A DNA stretch of 34,939 bases from a virus (taxonomy: Duplodnaviria > Heunggongvirae > Uroviricota > Caudoviricetes), in the IMG/VR virus record IMGVR_UViG_2541047957_000002, one strand, 5' to 3'. Below, piece after piece: positions 1 through 8,101 of the stretch (position 1 is the stretch's first letter; every line of letters starts with the position of its first letter). The notes beneath the pieces were generated by a model. It saw only the letters and a program-made list of their open reading frames with translations. It ran no database searches and was not told where the DNA came from. A program made the position numbers and the translations under genes.

Positions 1-1032
1 TCAAAAACTTGCTATTGATGTTGGTAGTGTTGCCAGCGGATTAAACCGTAATGCAGTTTCCAGGTGATCCGGTGCCAGATGTGCGTAACGCATAGTCATT
101 TTTATGTCGTGATGTCCGAGGATTTTTTGCAAAGCAAGGATATTTCCACCCGACATCATAAAATGCGCCGCAAACGTATGGCGCAGAACGTGTGTCAGTT
201 GACCGCGAGGGAGCACGATAGACGTTTTTTCCATCACGGATAAAAATTGAAAATAGCAGTCTGTGAAGAAATTGAACCCATCAAGCGCCATGATCTCTTC
301 GTAAAGCTCTTTACTGATAGGGATGCTTCTGTTTTTCTTCCCCTTCGTTCTTACAAAGGTAATTCGGTATTTGGTCACCTGTGAACGAGTAAGATTTACG
401 GCTTCTCGCCAGCGTGCGCCTGTGCTTAAGCATATCTTAACTACCAGTGCTAGAATTGGGTCCTGACGTTTGCAATCAGCCAGTAATTCAACAATCTGCT
501 CATGGGTAAGCCATGCCATCTCTTTTTCTGCGATGGTGAATTTTCGCATGTTCTCCAGTGGGTTCGGATACGACCATTCGCCCAGACGGGATAGTTCGCT
601 AAAAACACTACTTAGATAGCTTTGCTCCAGGTTAATGGTGACCGGGCTTGCTCCTTTCTTCCATTTCTCGCTGAAGTAGATCTCGCCTGTCAGGCGTTTA
701 TCTCGATAGTGGGCAAACATTTTAGAGGTGAGATCGGTTGCAAGAGGATTGCCCAGAGCGTCAACCATCAGCAGCAATTTGTCATAGACATGCTGCCCAG
801 CAGTCAGAGATTTACCATGTAGTTTGAACCATAGCTCAACCACGTCTTTCAGGGTTCGACGATCCACTGATTCGCCCAGCCATGGCTTTGATTCGGTTTC
901 TTCCATAGTGTGACGCTCAAAAGCCAGAGCTTCGCCTTTGGTGGCGAATTGTTTACGCACACGACGCCCACTTCGTCCGGCGGGGTAACATTCGCAAAGC
1001 CATTTCCCTGTGGTGAGTTTTCGTACTGCCAT
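1..1032 (-). CDS. int: Tyrosine integrase (P2 Int family)
   Basis: Six-frame ORF 1..1188; C-terminal catalytic region HVLRHTFAAHF...MTMRYAHL (H-x-x-R ... Y). Start placed at the internal Met (MAVRKLTTGKWLCE...), which matches the P2-family Int N-terminus and has a GGAGGG RBS 8 nt upstream; the ORF could begin earlier at 1188. Confidence 0.88.
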   Translation of the reverse strand: MAVRKLTTGKWLCECYPAGRSGRRVRKQFATKGEALAFERHTMEETESKPWLGESVDRRTLKDVVELWFKLHGKSLTAGQHVYDKLLLMVDALGNPLATDLTSKMFAHYRDKRLTGEIYFSEKWKKGASPVTINLEQSYLSSVFSELSRLGEWSYPNPLENMRKFTIAEKEMAWLTHEQIVELLADCKRQDPILALVVKICLSTGARWREAVNLTRSQVTKYRITFVRTKGKKNRSIPISKELYEEIMALDGFNFFTDCYFQFLSVMEKTSIVLPRGQLTHVLRHTFAAHFMMSGGNILALQKILGHHDIKMTMRYAHLAPDHLETALRFNPLATLPTSIASF

Positions 1033-1063
1033 AAAAAATGCCCTCCAGTAGAGAGCATTTTTA

Positions 1064-1079
1064 CTGTATGTATAACCAG
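1064..1079. promoter_or_regulatory. LexA-box-like palindrome CTGT-N8-CCAG upstream of int (tentative)
   Basis: Sequence TACTGTATGTATAACCAGTG; same CTGT-N8-CCAG form as the uvrB SOS box. The second half-site is imperfect. Confidence 0.25.
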
Positions 1080-1220
1080 TGTCAATGTATGAAATCCTAC
1101 GACCATACATCTCACTGAAGCCATAATGAAGTTGGCTATTCTTTTTGCTATGTGAGCATGTAACTTTTGCGGTTAACCTGCGGCTCATTTTTATTTTAGA
1201 CGCAGATATAAAAGCAAAAG

Positions 1221-1412
1221 TTATCGTGAGTTTTTAGTACAGATTTTTTTGGATTTACTAATAGTTCCATCATTGCAAACGAATTTGCCATCTGAGGTAC
1301 AGTGAGAAACACCTCCCTTTTTCCCTGAGCAGGGATAATTTCTAGCATAGGTAGTTAGTGGGTTTAATAACAAAGAACATGACAAAACCACAAAAAATAC
1401 CTTACCAAGCAT
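1221..1412 (-). CDS. Small secreted 4-Cys basic peptide, hypothetical (candidate lysogeny-expressed moron)
   Basis: 63-aa ORF with N-terminal hydrophobic signal-like segment [23 protein letters not shown] and mature part with 4 Cys and many Lys. Strong RBS GGGAGGAAACT before the ATG; sits 15 bp downstream of the cI stop on the same strand; locally AT-rich. Confidence 0.5.
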   Translation of the reverse strand: MLGKVFFVVLSCSLLLNPLTTYARNYPCSGKKGGVSHCTSDGKFVCNDGTISKSKKICTKNSR

Positions 1413-1427
1413 AGTTTCCTCCCGGTA

Positions 1428-2003
1428 CTATTTAACATACTTGACTGTTAAACTTATAATTTTACCAATTATTTCAATGTCTTCTATCTTACATTCGAAG
1501 GCTCTGTTTCCACCCTCGACGAAGATTCTTCCACCGGGTAAACGAGTAATGTCACGGATCGTTACTTTGCCATCAATACTTATTACCCATTTACCATCAC
1601 GTATATCATCAAATTCTTTATCACAAATAAATTCAGAATTGTTATCTGTGATGACAAAAGGTTTTTTAAACGTAGAGGGTAGAAATCCCTTATCAAAAAT
1701 ATAAAAACCGTCTTCACGCAAGGCACCATCAGATAATACATATTTAGCAACTTCCATAGTATTTGTATTACCTGAAGTTTGCTTTGAACCATGTCCGGTT
1801 GTGAGCCAATTAAGCGAGGTGCCCGTTTCAAGGGCGCACTGGATTACCCATTCTGCTGGGAATGAGTCACGCATGTAGCGTGTGGCGAGTGTACTTTTAG
1901 AGATTCCTAAATGATCGCACAACGCCTGTCGAGTTTTGAATCCATAAGCTTCTACCATGCGCTCTATAGCGCCTCGTCCGCCTTTCTCCAAATTCATGGT
2001 CAC
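1428..2003 (-). CDS. cI: Immunity repressor, phage 186 CI-like (191 aa)
   Basis: Size and position diverging from apl; N-terminal HTH-like segment RQALCDHLGISKSTLATRYMR; 186 CI is about 192 aa. Confidence 0.8.
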   Translation of the reverse strand: MTMNLEKGGRGAIERMVEAYGFKTRQALCDHLGISKSTLATRYMRDSFPAEWVIQCALETGTSLNWLTTGHGSKQTSGNTNTMEVAKYVLSDGALREDGFYIFDKGFLPSTFKKPFVITDNNSEFICDKEFDDIRDGKWVISIDGKVTIRDITRLPGGRIFVEGGNRAFECKIEDIEIIGKIISLTVKYVK

Positions 2004-2122
2004 TCCAAGTGAACTTTTATCTTGACGATTTCATTGTGCGATCGTATGTTTATGGTGTTCACAAAATACAAACGATCCGTATTCGTCCTGATTAATCATC
2101 ATTAAACGAGGAATGTTGCATC
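2004..2122. promoter_or_regulatory. Lysis/lysogeny switch region (candidate pR TTGACG-17-TATGTT at 2022-2050; TTGTG/CACAA inverted repeat 2035-2065 as possible operator)
   Basis: Intergenic region between divergently oriented cI and apl; -35/-10-like hexamers with 17-bp spacing; short inverted repeat overlapping the promoter. Confidence 0.4.
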
Positions 2123-2344
2123 ATGAGACCTAACATTTCAATCACTCTTACCACGCCTCATGTGACTATTGAGCGCTATAGCGAGCTGACAGGGCTGTCC
2201 ATCGATACCATCAATGACATGTTGGCTGACGGACGCCTTATCCGTCACCGTTTGCGCAAAGATAAAAAACGCGAAAAAGTGATGATCAACATAGCAGCCA
2301 TGACCGTTGATGCGCTTTCAGAATGCAATCTAAACCTTAATTAG
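2123..2344 (+). CDS. apl: Apl/Cox-like excisionase and lytic-switch regulator
   Basis: 73-aa ORF directly opposite cI and upstream of cII, with HTH-like segment [21 protein letters not shown]; called by position and size. Confidence 0.55.
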   Translation: MRPNISITLTTPHVTIERYSELTGLSIDTINDMLADGRLIRHRLRKDKKREKVMINIAAMTVDALSECNLNLN

Positions 2345-2376
2345 TTCGATTCTGAAATACATCAGAGGCATTGACC

Positions 2377-2886
2377 ATGTTTGATTACCAAGTTTCCAAA
2401 CATCCACATTTTGATGAAGCCTGTCGTGCATTTGCACTGCGCCACAATCTGGTGCAACTGGCAGAACGTGCAGGCATGAATGTGCAGATTCTGCGGAACA
2501 AGCTGAACCCAGCTCAGCCTCATCTATTAACCGCACCAGAAATCTGGCTGCTTACCGATCTGACTGAAGATTCAACGCTGGTAGATGGTTTTCTGGCACA
2601 GATTCATTGTCTGCCATGTGTACCGATTAATGAGGTGGCAAAAGAGAAACTGCCACATTACGTCATGAGTGCAACCGCAGAGATCGGGCGTGTTGCTGCA
2701 GGTGCGGTATCTGGCGATGTAAAAACCAGTGCAGGTCGTCGTGATGCTATCAGCAGCATTAACTCTGTAACACGACTGATGGCGTTGGCTGCTGTTTCAT
2801 TGCAGGCCCGTTTACAGGCTAACCCTGCGATGGCGAGTGCAGTTGATACCGTGACTGGCCTCGGTGCTTCATTCGGTTTGCTGTGA
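2377..2886 (+). CDS. cII: CII lysogeny-establishment activator (phage 186 CII-like, 169 aa)
   Basis: Translation [24 protein letters not shown]...[25 protein letters not shown]... closely matches 186 CII as I recall it, and the 169-aa length agrees. The ORF track starts at TTG 2371; ATG 2377 is preferred. Confidence 0.85.
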   Translation: MFDYQVSKHPHFDEACRAFALRHNLVQLAERAGMNVQILRNKLNPAQPHLLTAPEIWLLTDLTEDSTLVDGFLAQIHCLPCVPINEVAKEKLPHYVMSATAEIGRVAAGAVSGDVKTSAGRRDAISSINSVTRLMALAAVSLQARLQANPAMASAVDTVTGLGASFGLL

Positions 2887-2893
2887 GGTGCTT

Positions 2894-3094
2894 ATGCTGA
2901 CGAAAGAACCATCATTTGCATCGCTGCTGGTAAAACAAAGCCCGGCAATGCACTACGGTCACGGCTGGATAATGGGTAAGGATGGTAAACGCTGGCATCC
3001 GTGCCGTTCACAAGATGAATTGCTGGCAGAACTATCAACGAAAAAACGGGGGAACAAATGGCTATTGAAGGCGCTGCGGCGACTGTTCCATTAA
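2894..3094 (+). CDS. Hypothetical early protein (in the position of 186 fil)
   Basis: ORF right after cII; start ambiguous (GTG 2864 or ATG 2894); no recognisable motif. Confidence 0.35.
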   Translation: MLTKEPSFASLLVKQSPAMHYGHGWIMGKDGKRWHPCRSQDELLAELSTKKRGNKWLLKALRRLFH

Positions 3095-3399
3095 GCCCCG
3101 GTGAACGCCTGAATGGACTTAATCACATTGCGGAGTTAAGGGCGAAAGTATTTGGCCTGAATATTGAGTCAGAGCTTGAGCGGTTTATTAAAGATATGCG
3201 TGATCCACGGGATATCAATAATGAACAAAATAAACGGGCACTGGCTGCCATATTCTTTATGGCAAAAATTCCAGCTGAACGTCATAGCATCAGCATTAAT
3301 GAGCTGACCACTGACGAAAAGCGGGAGCTGATTAAAGCAATGAATCATTTTCGTGCAGTGGTGAGCTTATTTCCCAGACGGCTAACCATGCCGAATTAA
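3058..3399 (+). CDS. Hypothetical early protein (113 aa)
   Basis: ORF with RBS ACGGGGGA before ATG 3058; part of the co-oriented early operon. Confidence 0.45.
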   Translation: MAIEGAAATVPLSPGERLNGLNHIAELRAKVFGLNIESELERFIKDMRDPRDINNEQNKRALAAIFFMAKIPAERHSISINELTTDEKRELIKAMNHFRAVVSLFPRRLTMPN

Positions 3400-3466
3400 C
3401 CAACTAATGAAATTAATGGCGTAAACCCGCCGGGCATCCCTTTATCTAAATTCAGGAGAATTGATT

Positions 3467-3700
3467 ATGCGTAATATTGAAACCCTCACGACTAAAACCG
3501 GACCGGATGATGCAGGGCTTAATATTTTACTGACAGAGGCTCGTCTGGAAGAACGCCGGGCAAGGGCTGAAGCAATGGCAGCTCGCCTTGATAGCCTGGC
3601 GTGTCATATAACATCCCGCCAGCTAAACCACGTCGAAGCGGCAGAACTGCTGCGTGTGAATGCTGAAGCAATCCAGAACGAAGCGCAGGAGATCCACTGA
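3467..3700 (+). CDS. Hypothetical early protein (77 aa)
   Basis: ORF with AGGAG RBS 8 nt before ATG 3467 (track starts at TTG 3461); stop overlaps the next start. Confidence 0.45.
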   Translation: MRNIETLTTKTGPDDAGLNILLTEARLEERRARAEAMAARLDSLACHITSRQLNHVEAAELLRVNAEAIQNEAQEIH

Positions 3701-3927
3701 TGGCTGATGCAATGGATCTCGTACAGCAGCGCGTTGAAGAAGAACGCCAGCGTCATATCCGTGCTGCCCGCGCCAAAACGCCGGGCGTGTCCCGCGTGCT
3801 TTGCATTGAGTGTGAAGCAGCAATTCCGCCAGCACGCCGCCGTGCCATTCCTGGAGTGCAGCTTTGCATTACCTGCCAGGAAATCGCAGAGCTGAAAGGC
3901 AAACATTACAACGGAGGTGCTGTATGA
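3700..3927 (+). CDS. TraR/DksA-family C4 zinc-finger protein
   Basis: Cys pattern CIECEAAIP...(17 aa)...CITCQ (C-x2-C-x17-C-x2-C), typical of phage TraR/DksA-like proteins. Confidence 0.6.
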   Translation: MADAMDLVQQRVEEERQRHIRAARAKTPGVSRVLCIECEAAIPPARRRAIPGVQLCITCQEIAELKGKHYNGGAV

Positions 3928-4781
3928 GCACCATCCTGAAATGGGCGGGAAATAAAACTGCCATTATGTCCGAACTGAAAAAACACCTTCCTGCTGGCCC
4001 GCGACTGGTTGAACCTTTCGCGGGTTCCTGTGCTGTGATGATGGAGACGGATTACCCCAGCTATCTTGTTGCGGATATTAATCCTGATTTAATCAACCTC
4101 TATAAAAAGGTTGCTGCTGATTGTGAGGCGTTTATATCTCGTGCCAGAGCTTTATTTGAGGAAGCAAACAGGGAGGTGGCTTATTACAACATAAGGCAGG
4201 AGTTTAATTACTCCACTGAAATTACTGATTTCATGAAAGCGATATATTTTCTGTATCTCAATCGTCATGGTTACCGTGGGTTATGTCGCTATAACAAGAG
4301 CGGGTATTTCAACATTCCCTACGGTAATTATAAAAATCCGTATTTCCCTGAAAAAGAAATTCGCGCATTTGCAGAGAAAGCCCAGCGGGCAACGTTTATC
4401 TGCGCCAGCTTTGATGAAACGCTGGCGATGTTGAAGGCGGGGGATGTGGTGTATTGCGATCCGCCGTATGACGGTACGTTTTCCGGCTATCACACTGATG
4501 GTTTCACTGAAGATGACCAGTATCACCTGGCATCCGTTCTTGAACATCGGTCATCAGAAGGACATCCGGTCATTGTTTCTAACAGTGACACATCCCTGAT
4601 CCGTTCGCTGTATCGCAATTTTACTCACCACTACATCAAGGCAAAACGCAGCATCGGCGTAGCAGCTGGTGAGAGTAAATCTGCAACAGAAATCATCGCT
4701 GTTTCTGGGGCGCGCTGCTGGGTGGGATTTGATCCTTCGCGTGGCGTGGATAGTTCTGCCGTGTATGGAGTGCGTGCATGA
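3924..4781 (+). CDS. dam: DNA adenine methyltransferase (Dam family)
   Basis: Motif I-like PFAGSCAV and catalytic DPPY ([10 protein letters not shown]). ATG at 3924 overlaps the upstream stop (ATGA), and its stop overlaps the A start. Confidence 0.85.
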   Translation: MSTILKWAGNKTAIMSELKKHLPAGPRLVEPFAGSCAVMMETDYPSYLVADINPDLINLYKKVAADCEAFISRARALFEEANREVAYYNIRQEFNYSTEITDFMKAIYFLYLNRHGYRGLCRYNKSGYFNIPYGNYKNPYFPEKEIRAFAEKAQRATFICASFDETLAMLKAGDVVYCDPPYDGTFSGYHTDGFTEDDQYHLASVLEHRSSEGHPVIVSNSDTSLIRSLYRNFTHHYIKAKRSIGVAAGESKSATEIIAVSGARCWVGFDPSRGVDSSAVYGVRA

Positions 4782-7192
4782 GCCATGCTGATATGAACAA
4801 CTGCAGCGGCTTTAACGAGGCCGCCGCAGCATTCTCATGGAACAGCCCGAAAAAGGCTATTAACCCTTATCTGGACCCGGCGGAAGTTGCGCCGGTTTCT
4901 GCGCTTTCAAACCTGATCACTCTGTACGCTGCCGATAACGAGCAGGAACAACTGCGCCGCGAGGCACTGAGTGATCAGGTCTGGGAGCGTTATTTCTTTA
5001 ATGCATCCCGTGATCCTGTCCAGCGCGAAATGGAGCAGGATAAGCTCATTAGCCGGGCAAAGCTGGCGCATGAGCAGCAGCGTTTTAATCCGGACATGGT
5101 CATACTGGCGGACGTTAACGCCCAGCCTTCCCATATCAGCAAGCCGCTGATGCAACGTATTGAATACTTCAGCAGCCTGGGCAGGCCAAAGGCTTATTCC
5201 CGCTATTTGCGTGAGACGATTAAGCCATGTCTGGAACGACTGGAGCATGTACGCGACAGTCAGCTATCCACTTCTTTTCGCTTTATGGCAAGCCATGAAG
5301 GGCTGGACGGCCTGCTGATCTTGCCTGAAATGAGTCAGGATCAGGTGAAACGCCTGTCTACTCTTGTCGCTGCGCATATGAGTATGTGTCTTGATGCCGC
5401 TTGTGGTGATTTGTATGCCACCGATGATGTTAAGCCAGAAGAAATCCGCAAGACATGGGAAAAGGTGGCAGCAGAAACCCTGCGACTGGATGTCATACCG
5501 CCTGCGTTTGAGCAACTCCGCCGGAAAAGAAACCGCCGTAAACCCGTACCCTATGAACTCATTCCGGGTTCGCTGGCGCGTATGTTGTGCGCCGACTGGT
5601 GGTATCGGAAATTGTGGAAGATGCGTTGTGAATGGCGGGAAGAGCAGTTGCGTGCTGTTTGCCTGGTCAGCAAAAAAGCATCTCCCTATGTCAGCTATGA
5701 AGCCGTGATGCATAAACGTGAGCAGCGCCGTAAGTCGCTGGAGTTTTTCCGTTCTCATGAACTGGTGAACGAAGACGGCGACACGCTGGACATGGAGGAT
5801 GTGGTAAACGCCAGCAGCAGCAACCCTGCGCATCGCCGCAATGAGATGATGGCCTGTGTTAAAGGTCTGGAGCTTATCGCGGAAATGCGCGGTGACTGCG
5901 CCGTTTTCTACACCATCACCTGTCCGTCACGTTTCCATTCCACGCTAAATAACGGCAGGCCCAACCCGACCTGGACAAATGCGACGGTAAGACAAAGCAG
6001 TGATTATCTGGTCGGCATGTTTGCTGCATTTCGTAAGGCGATGCACAAAGCCGGATTGCGCTGGTATGGCGTGCGGGTGGCTGAGCCGCATCATGACGGC
6101 ACAGTTCACTGGCACCTGTTGTGTTTCATGCGCAAAAAAGACCGCCGCGCCATTACTGCATTGTTGCGTAAGTTTGCTATCCGTGAAGACCGCGAGGAGC
6201 TGGGTAATAACACGGGGCCACGCTTTAAGTCTGAGCTGATAAACCCGTGCAAAGGAACGCCGACTAGCTACATCGCGAAATACATCAGTAAGAACATTGA
6301 CGGGCGTGGTCTGGCTGGCGAGATCAGCAAGGAAACGGGTAAATCTCTGCGTGATAACGCTGAATACGTTAATGCCTGGGCGTCTCTGCATCGTGTTCAG
6401 CAATTCCGCTTCTTTGGCATTCCGGGGCGTCAGGCTTACCGTGAACTGCGATTGCTGGCTGGTCAGGCGGCAAGGCAACAGGGTGACAAAAAAGCAGGTG
6501 CGCCGGTACTGGATAACCCGCGCCTTGATGCCATTCTGGCTGCAGCTGATGCTGGTTGTTTTGCCACCTACATCATGAAGCAGGGCGGCGTACTGGTTCC
6601 CCGTAAATATCACCTCATCAGAACCGCTTATGAAATCAACGAAGAGCCGACCGCCTATGGCGATCACGGCATTCGTATTTATGGCATCTGGTCACCCATT
6701 GCAGAGGGTAAGATCTGCACTCATGCAGTGAAGTGGAAAATGGTTCGTAAGGCCGTTGACGTTCAGGAGGCGGCAGCCGACCAGGGCGCTTGCGCCCCTT
6801 GGACTCGTGGCAATAACTGTCCCCTTGCTGAAAATTTGAACCAACAAGGGAAAGACAAATCAGCTTATGGGGATACCAGAACGGACATTACCCGCATGGA
6901 TGACAAGGAGTTGCACGATTACCTGCACAGTATGAGCAAAAAAGAGCGCCGGGAACTGGCTGCAAGGTTACGCCTGGTGAAACCGAAACGGCGTAAAGAC
7001 TACAAACAGCGAATTACAGACCATCAGCGACAGCAGCTCGTCTATGAGCTGAAGTCCAGAGGATTTGATGGCAGCGAGAAAGAGGTCGGTTTACTCCTTC
7101 GTGGCGGCAGTATTCCGTCAGGAGCAGGCCTGCGTATCTTCTATCGGAACCAGCGTTTGCAGGAAGATGATAAGTGGCGGGATCTGTATTAA
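4778..7192 (+). CDS. A: Rolling-circle replication initiator (P2 gpA family)
   Basis: 804 aa; HUH-type motif [10 protein letters not shown] and tyrosine pair YIAKYISK; position at the end of the early operon. Confidence 0.9.
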   Translation: MSHADMNNCSGFNEAAAAFSWNSPKKAINPYLDPAEVAPVSALSNLITLYAADNEQEQLRREALSDQVWERYFFNASRDPVQREMEQDKLISRAKLAHEQQRFNPDMVILADVNAQPSHISKPLMQRIEYFSSLGRPKAYSRYLRETIKPCLERLEHVRDSQLSTSFRFMASHEGLDGLLILPEMSQDQVKRLSTLVAAHMSMCLDAACGDLYATDDVKPEEIRKTWEKVAAETLRLDVIPPAFEQLRRKRNRRKPVPYELIPGSLARMLCADWWYRKLWKMRCEWREEQLRAVCLVSKKASPYVSYEAVMHKREQRRKSLEFFRSHELVNEDGDTLDMEDVVNASSSNPAHRRNEMMACVKGLELIAEMRGDCAVFYTITCPSRFHSTLNNGRPNPTWTNATVRQSSDYLVGMFAAFRKAMHKAGLRWYGVRVAEPHHDGTVHWHLLCFMRKKDRRAITALLRKFAIREDREELGNNTGPRFKSELINPCKGTPTSYIAKYISKNIDGRGLAGEISKETGKSLRDNAEYVNAWASLHRVQQFRFFGIPGRQAYRELRLLAGQAARQQGDKKAGAPVLDNPRLDAILAAADAGCFATYIMKQGGVLVPRKYHLIRTAYEINEEPTAYGDHGIRIYGIWSPIAEGKICTHAVKWKMVRKAVDVQEAAADQGACAPWTRGNNCPLAENLNQQGKDKSAYGDTRTDITRMDDKELHDYLHSMSKKERRELAARLRLVKPKRRKDYKQRITDHQRQQLVYELKSRGFDGSEKEVGLLLRGGSIPSGAGLRIFYRNQRLQEDDKWRDLY

Positions 7193-7286
7193 TTACGCGG
7201 GTTAACAATTCGTGCTCTTAATAATACCAGGCATATCAGGCTGATGAACGTAAAAAAACGTTTTACATCAGTAAGATTATTATATA

Positions 7287-7302
7287 CTGTAAATATAAAC
7301 AG
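7287..7302. promoter_or_regulatory. LexA operator (SOS box) CTGT-N8-ACAG
   Basis: TACTGTAAATATAAACAGTG, a near-consensus LexA box lying in the promoter region about 45 bp upstream of ORF 7345 (strong AGGAGG RBS). Confidence 0.7.
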
Positions 7303-7344
7303 TGGTTATGTATACAGTATTGCTTTGGTGTCATAGGAGGAAAG

Positions 7345-7533
7345 ATGCAGGACTATTTTTTGGAGTCTTTGAAGCTCCAGCGCATTGATTTTTTTCTTAA
7401 GCTTGTAGCGGCTAGTGAGTGTAGTGATGAAGAGAAGGGGCTGGCCCTGCAGTGGGTTTCTGAACTAACAGATGAACTCATGGCAAAAATCAGAACCCAC
7501 GAATACAACCGCTCAATGGATGTCATCAGCTGA
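7345..7533 (+). CDS. Small SOS-operon protein, candidate Tum-like antirepressor
   Basis: 62-aa ORF with AGGAGG RBS immediately downstream of the LexA box; function inferred from position only. Confidence 0.4.
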   Translation: MQDYFLESLKLQRIDFFLKLVAASECSDEEKGLALQWVSELTDELMAKIRTHEYNRSMDVIS

Positions 7534-7543
7534 GGTGACTTTT

Positions 7544-7777
7544 ATGCGCATTGAAATAATGATCGATAAAGAGCAGAAGATTAGCCAGTCTACCCTGGAC
7601 GCTCTGGAGTCCGAGCTTTACCGCAACCTGCGCCCCCTGTATCCCAAAACGGTAATTCGTATCCGCAAAGGTAGCTCTAACGGTGTGGAACTTACCGGAC
7701 TGCAACTGGACGAAGAAAGAAAACAAGTGATGAAAATTATGCAGAAAGTGTGGGAAGACGACAGCTGGCTGCATTAA
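7544..7777 (+). CDS. DinI-family protein
   Basis: MRIEIMIDKEQKISQSTLDALESELYRNL...KIMQKVWEDDSWL resembles E. coli DinI (MRIEV...ETWESADDWF); GAGGTG RBS; second gene behind the LexA box. Confidence 0.75.
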   Translation: MRIEIMIDKEQKISQSTLDALESELYRNLRPLYPKTVIRIRKGSSNGVELTGLQLDEERKQVMKIMQKVWEDDSWLH

Positions 7778-7912
7778 GAAACGTTGCTGGCGTCTGAACT
7801 TGCTTCTGGCGTCAGCAAGGTTGAACAACGAGCCCTTGCGAGGCGTTAGCTCTGTAGTGCATGTCTATGCCGCATGAGATCGCATGATCGTTTGAGGATC
7901 GTTTTTGCTAAG

Positions 7913-7936
7913 GCCCGCCAGAACTGGCGGGCTTTT
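7913..7936 (+). terminator. Rho-independent terminator ending the SOS module
   Basis: Perfect hairpin GCCCGCCAG-aa-CTGGCGGGC followed by TTTTGCG. Confidence 0.6.
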
Positions 7937-7981
7937 GCGTAGATCATGCAGGTGCATGAAAACCACTGCATAAAGCGGGCA

Positions 7982-8000
7982 GGCGTGGCGGGGATACGAG
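7982..8000 (+). other. Candidate cos site (cohesive-end sequence)
   Basis: GGCGTGGCGGGGATACGAG followed by CGCGCGC. The first 13 nt are identical to the 186 cohesive end as I recall it (GGCGTGGCGGGGAAAGCAT) and close to P2 (GGCGAGGCGGGGAAAGCAC); it lies on the expected side of portal gene Q. Confidence 0.5.
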
Positions 8001-8101
8001 CGCGCGCAACAGTGTAACAATCTGGATCTAATGTGATATAGTTACTGTAAATATTATTAACTATTCTTATATGCATTATTAAATATTTTAATGGAGCGTT
8101 T

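Noticed and set aside
1033-1188. N-terminal 52-codon extension of the integrase ORF (start at 1188)
   Set aside because: The P2-family Int N-terminus aligns with the internal Met at 1032, which has a GGAGG RBS; the upstream extension has no RBS and contains the LexA-like palindrome, so it is more likely leader sequence.
5264-6667. Antisense ORFs of 189 aa and 240 aa inside replication gene A
   Set aside because: Nested opposite a conserved gene with no RBS or recognisable motifs; considered frame artefacts.
8040-8062. TACTGTAAATATTATTAAC upstream of the AT-rich cargo gene, resembling the first half of the LexA box at 7285
   Set aside because: Only the CTGT half-site is present; the second half is TTAA rather than ACAG, so it is not a credible LexA operator. 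It is more likely generic AT-rich promoter DNA.
7846-8076. 76-aa minus-strand ORF spanning the cos region
   Set aside because: No RBS, it overlaps the terminator and the candidate cos, and it lies in a non-coding junction; probably a spurious ORF.
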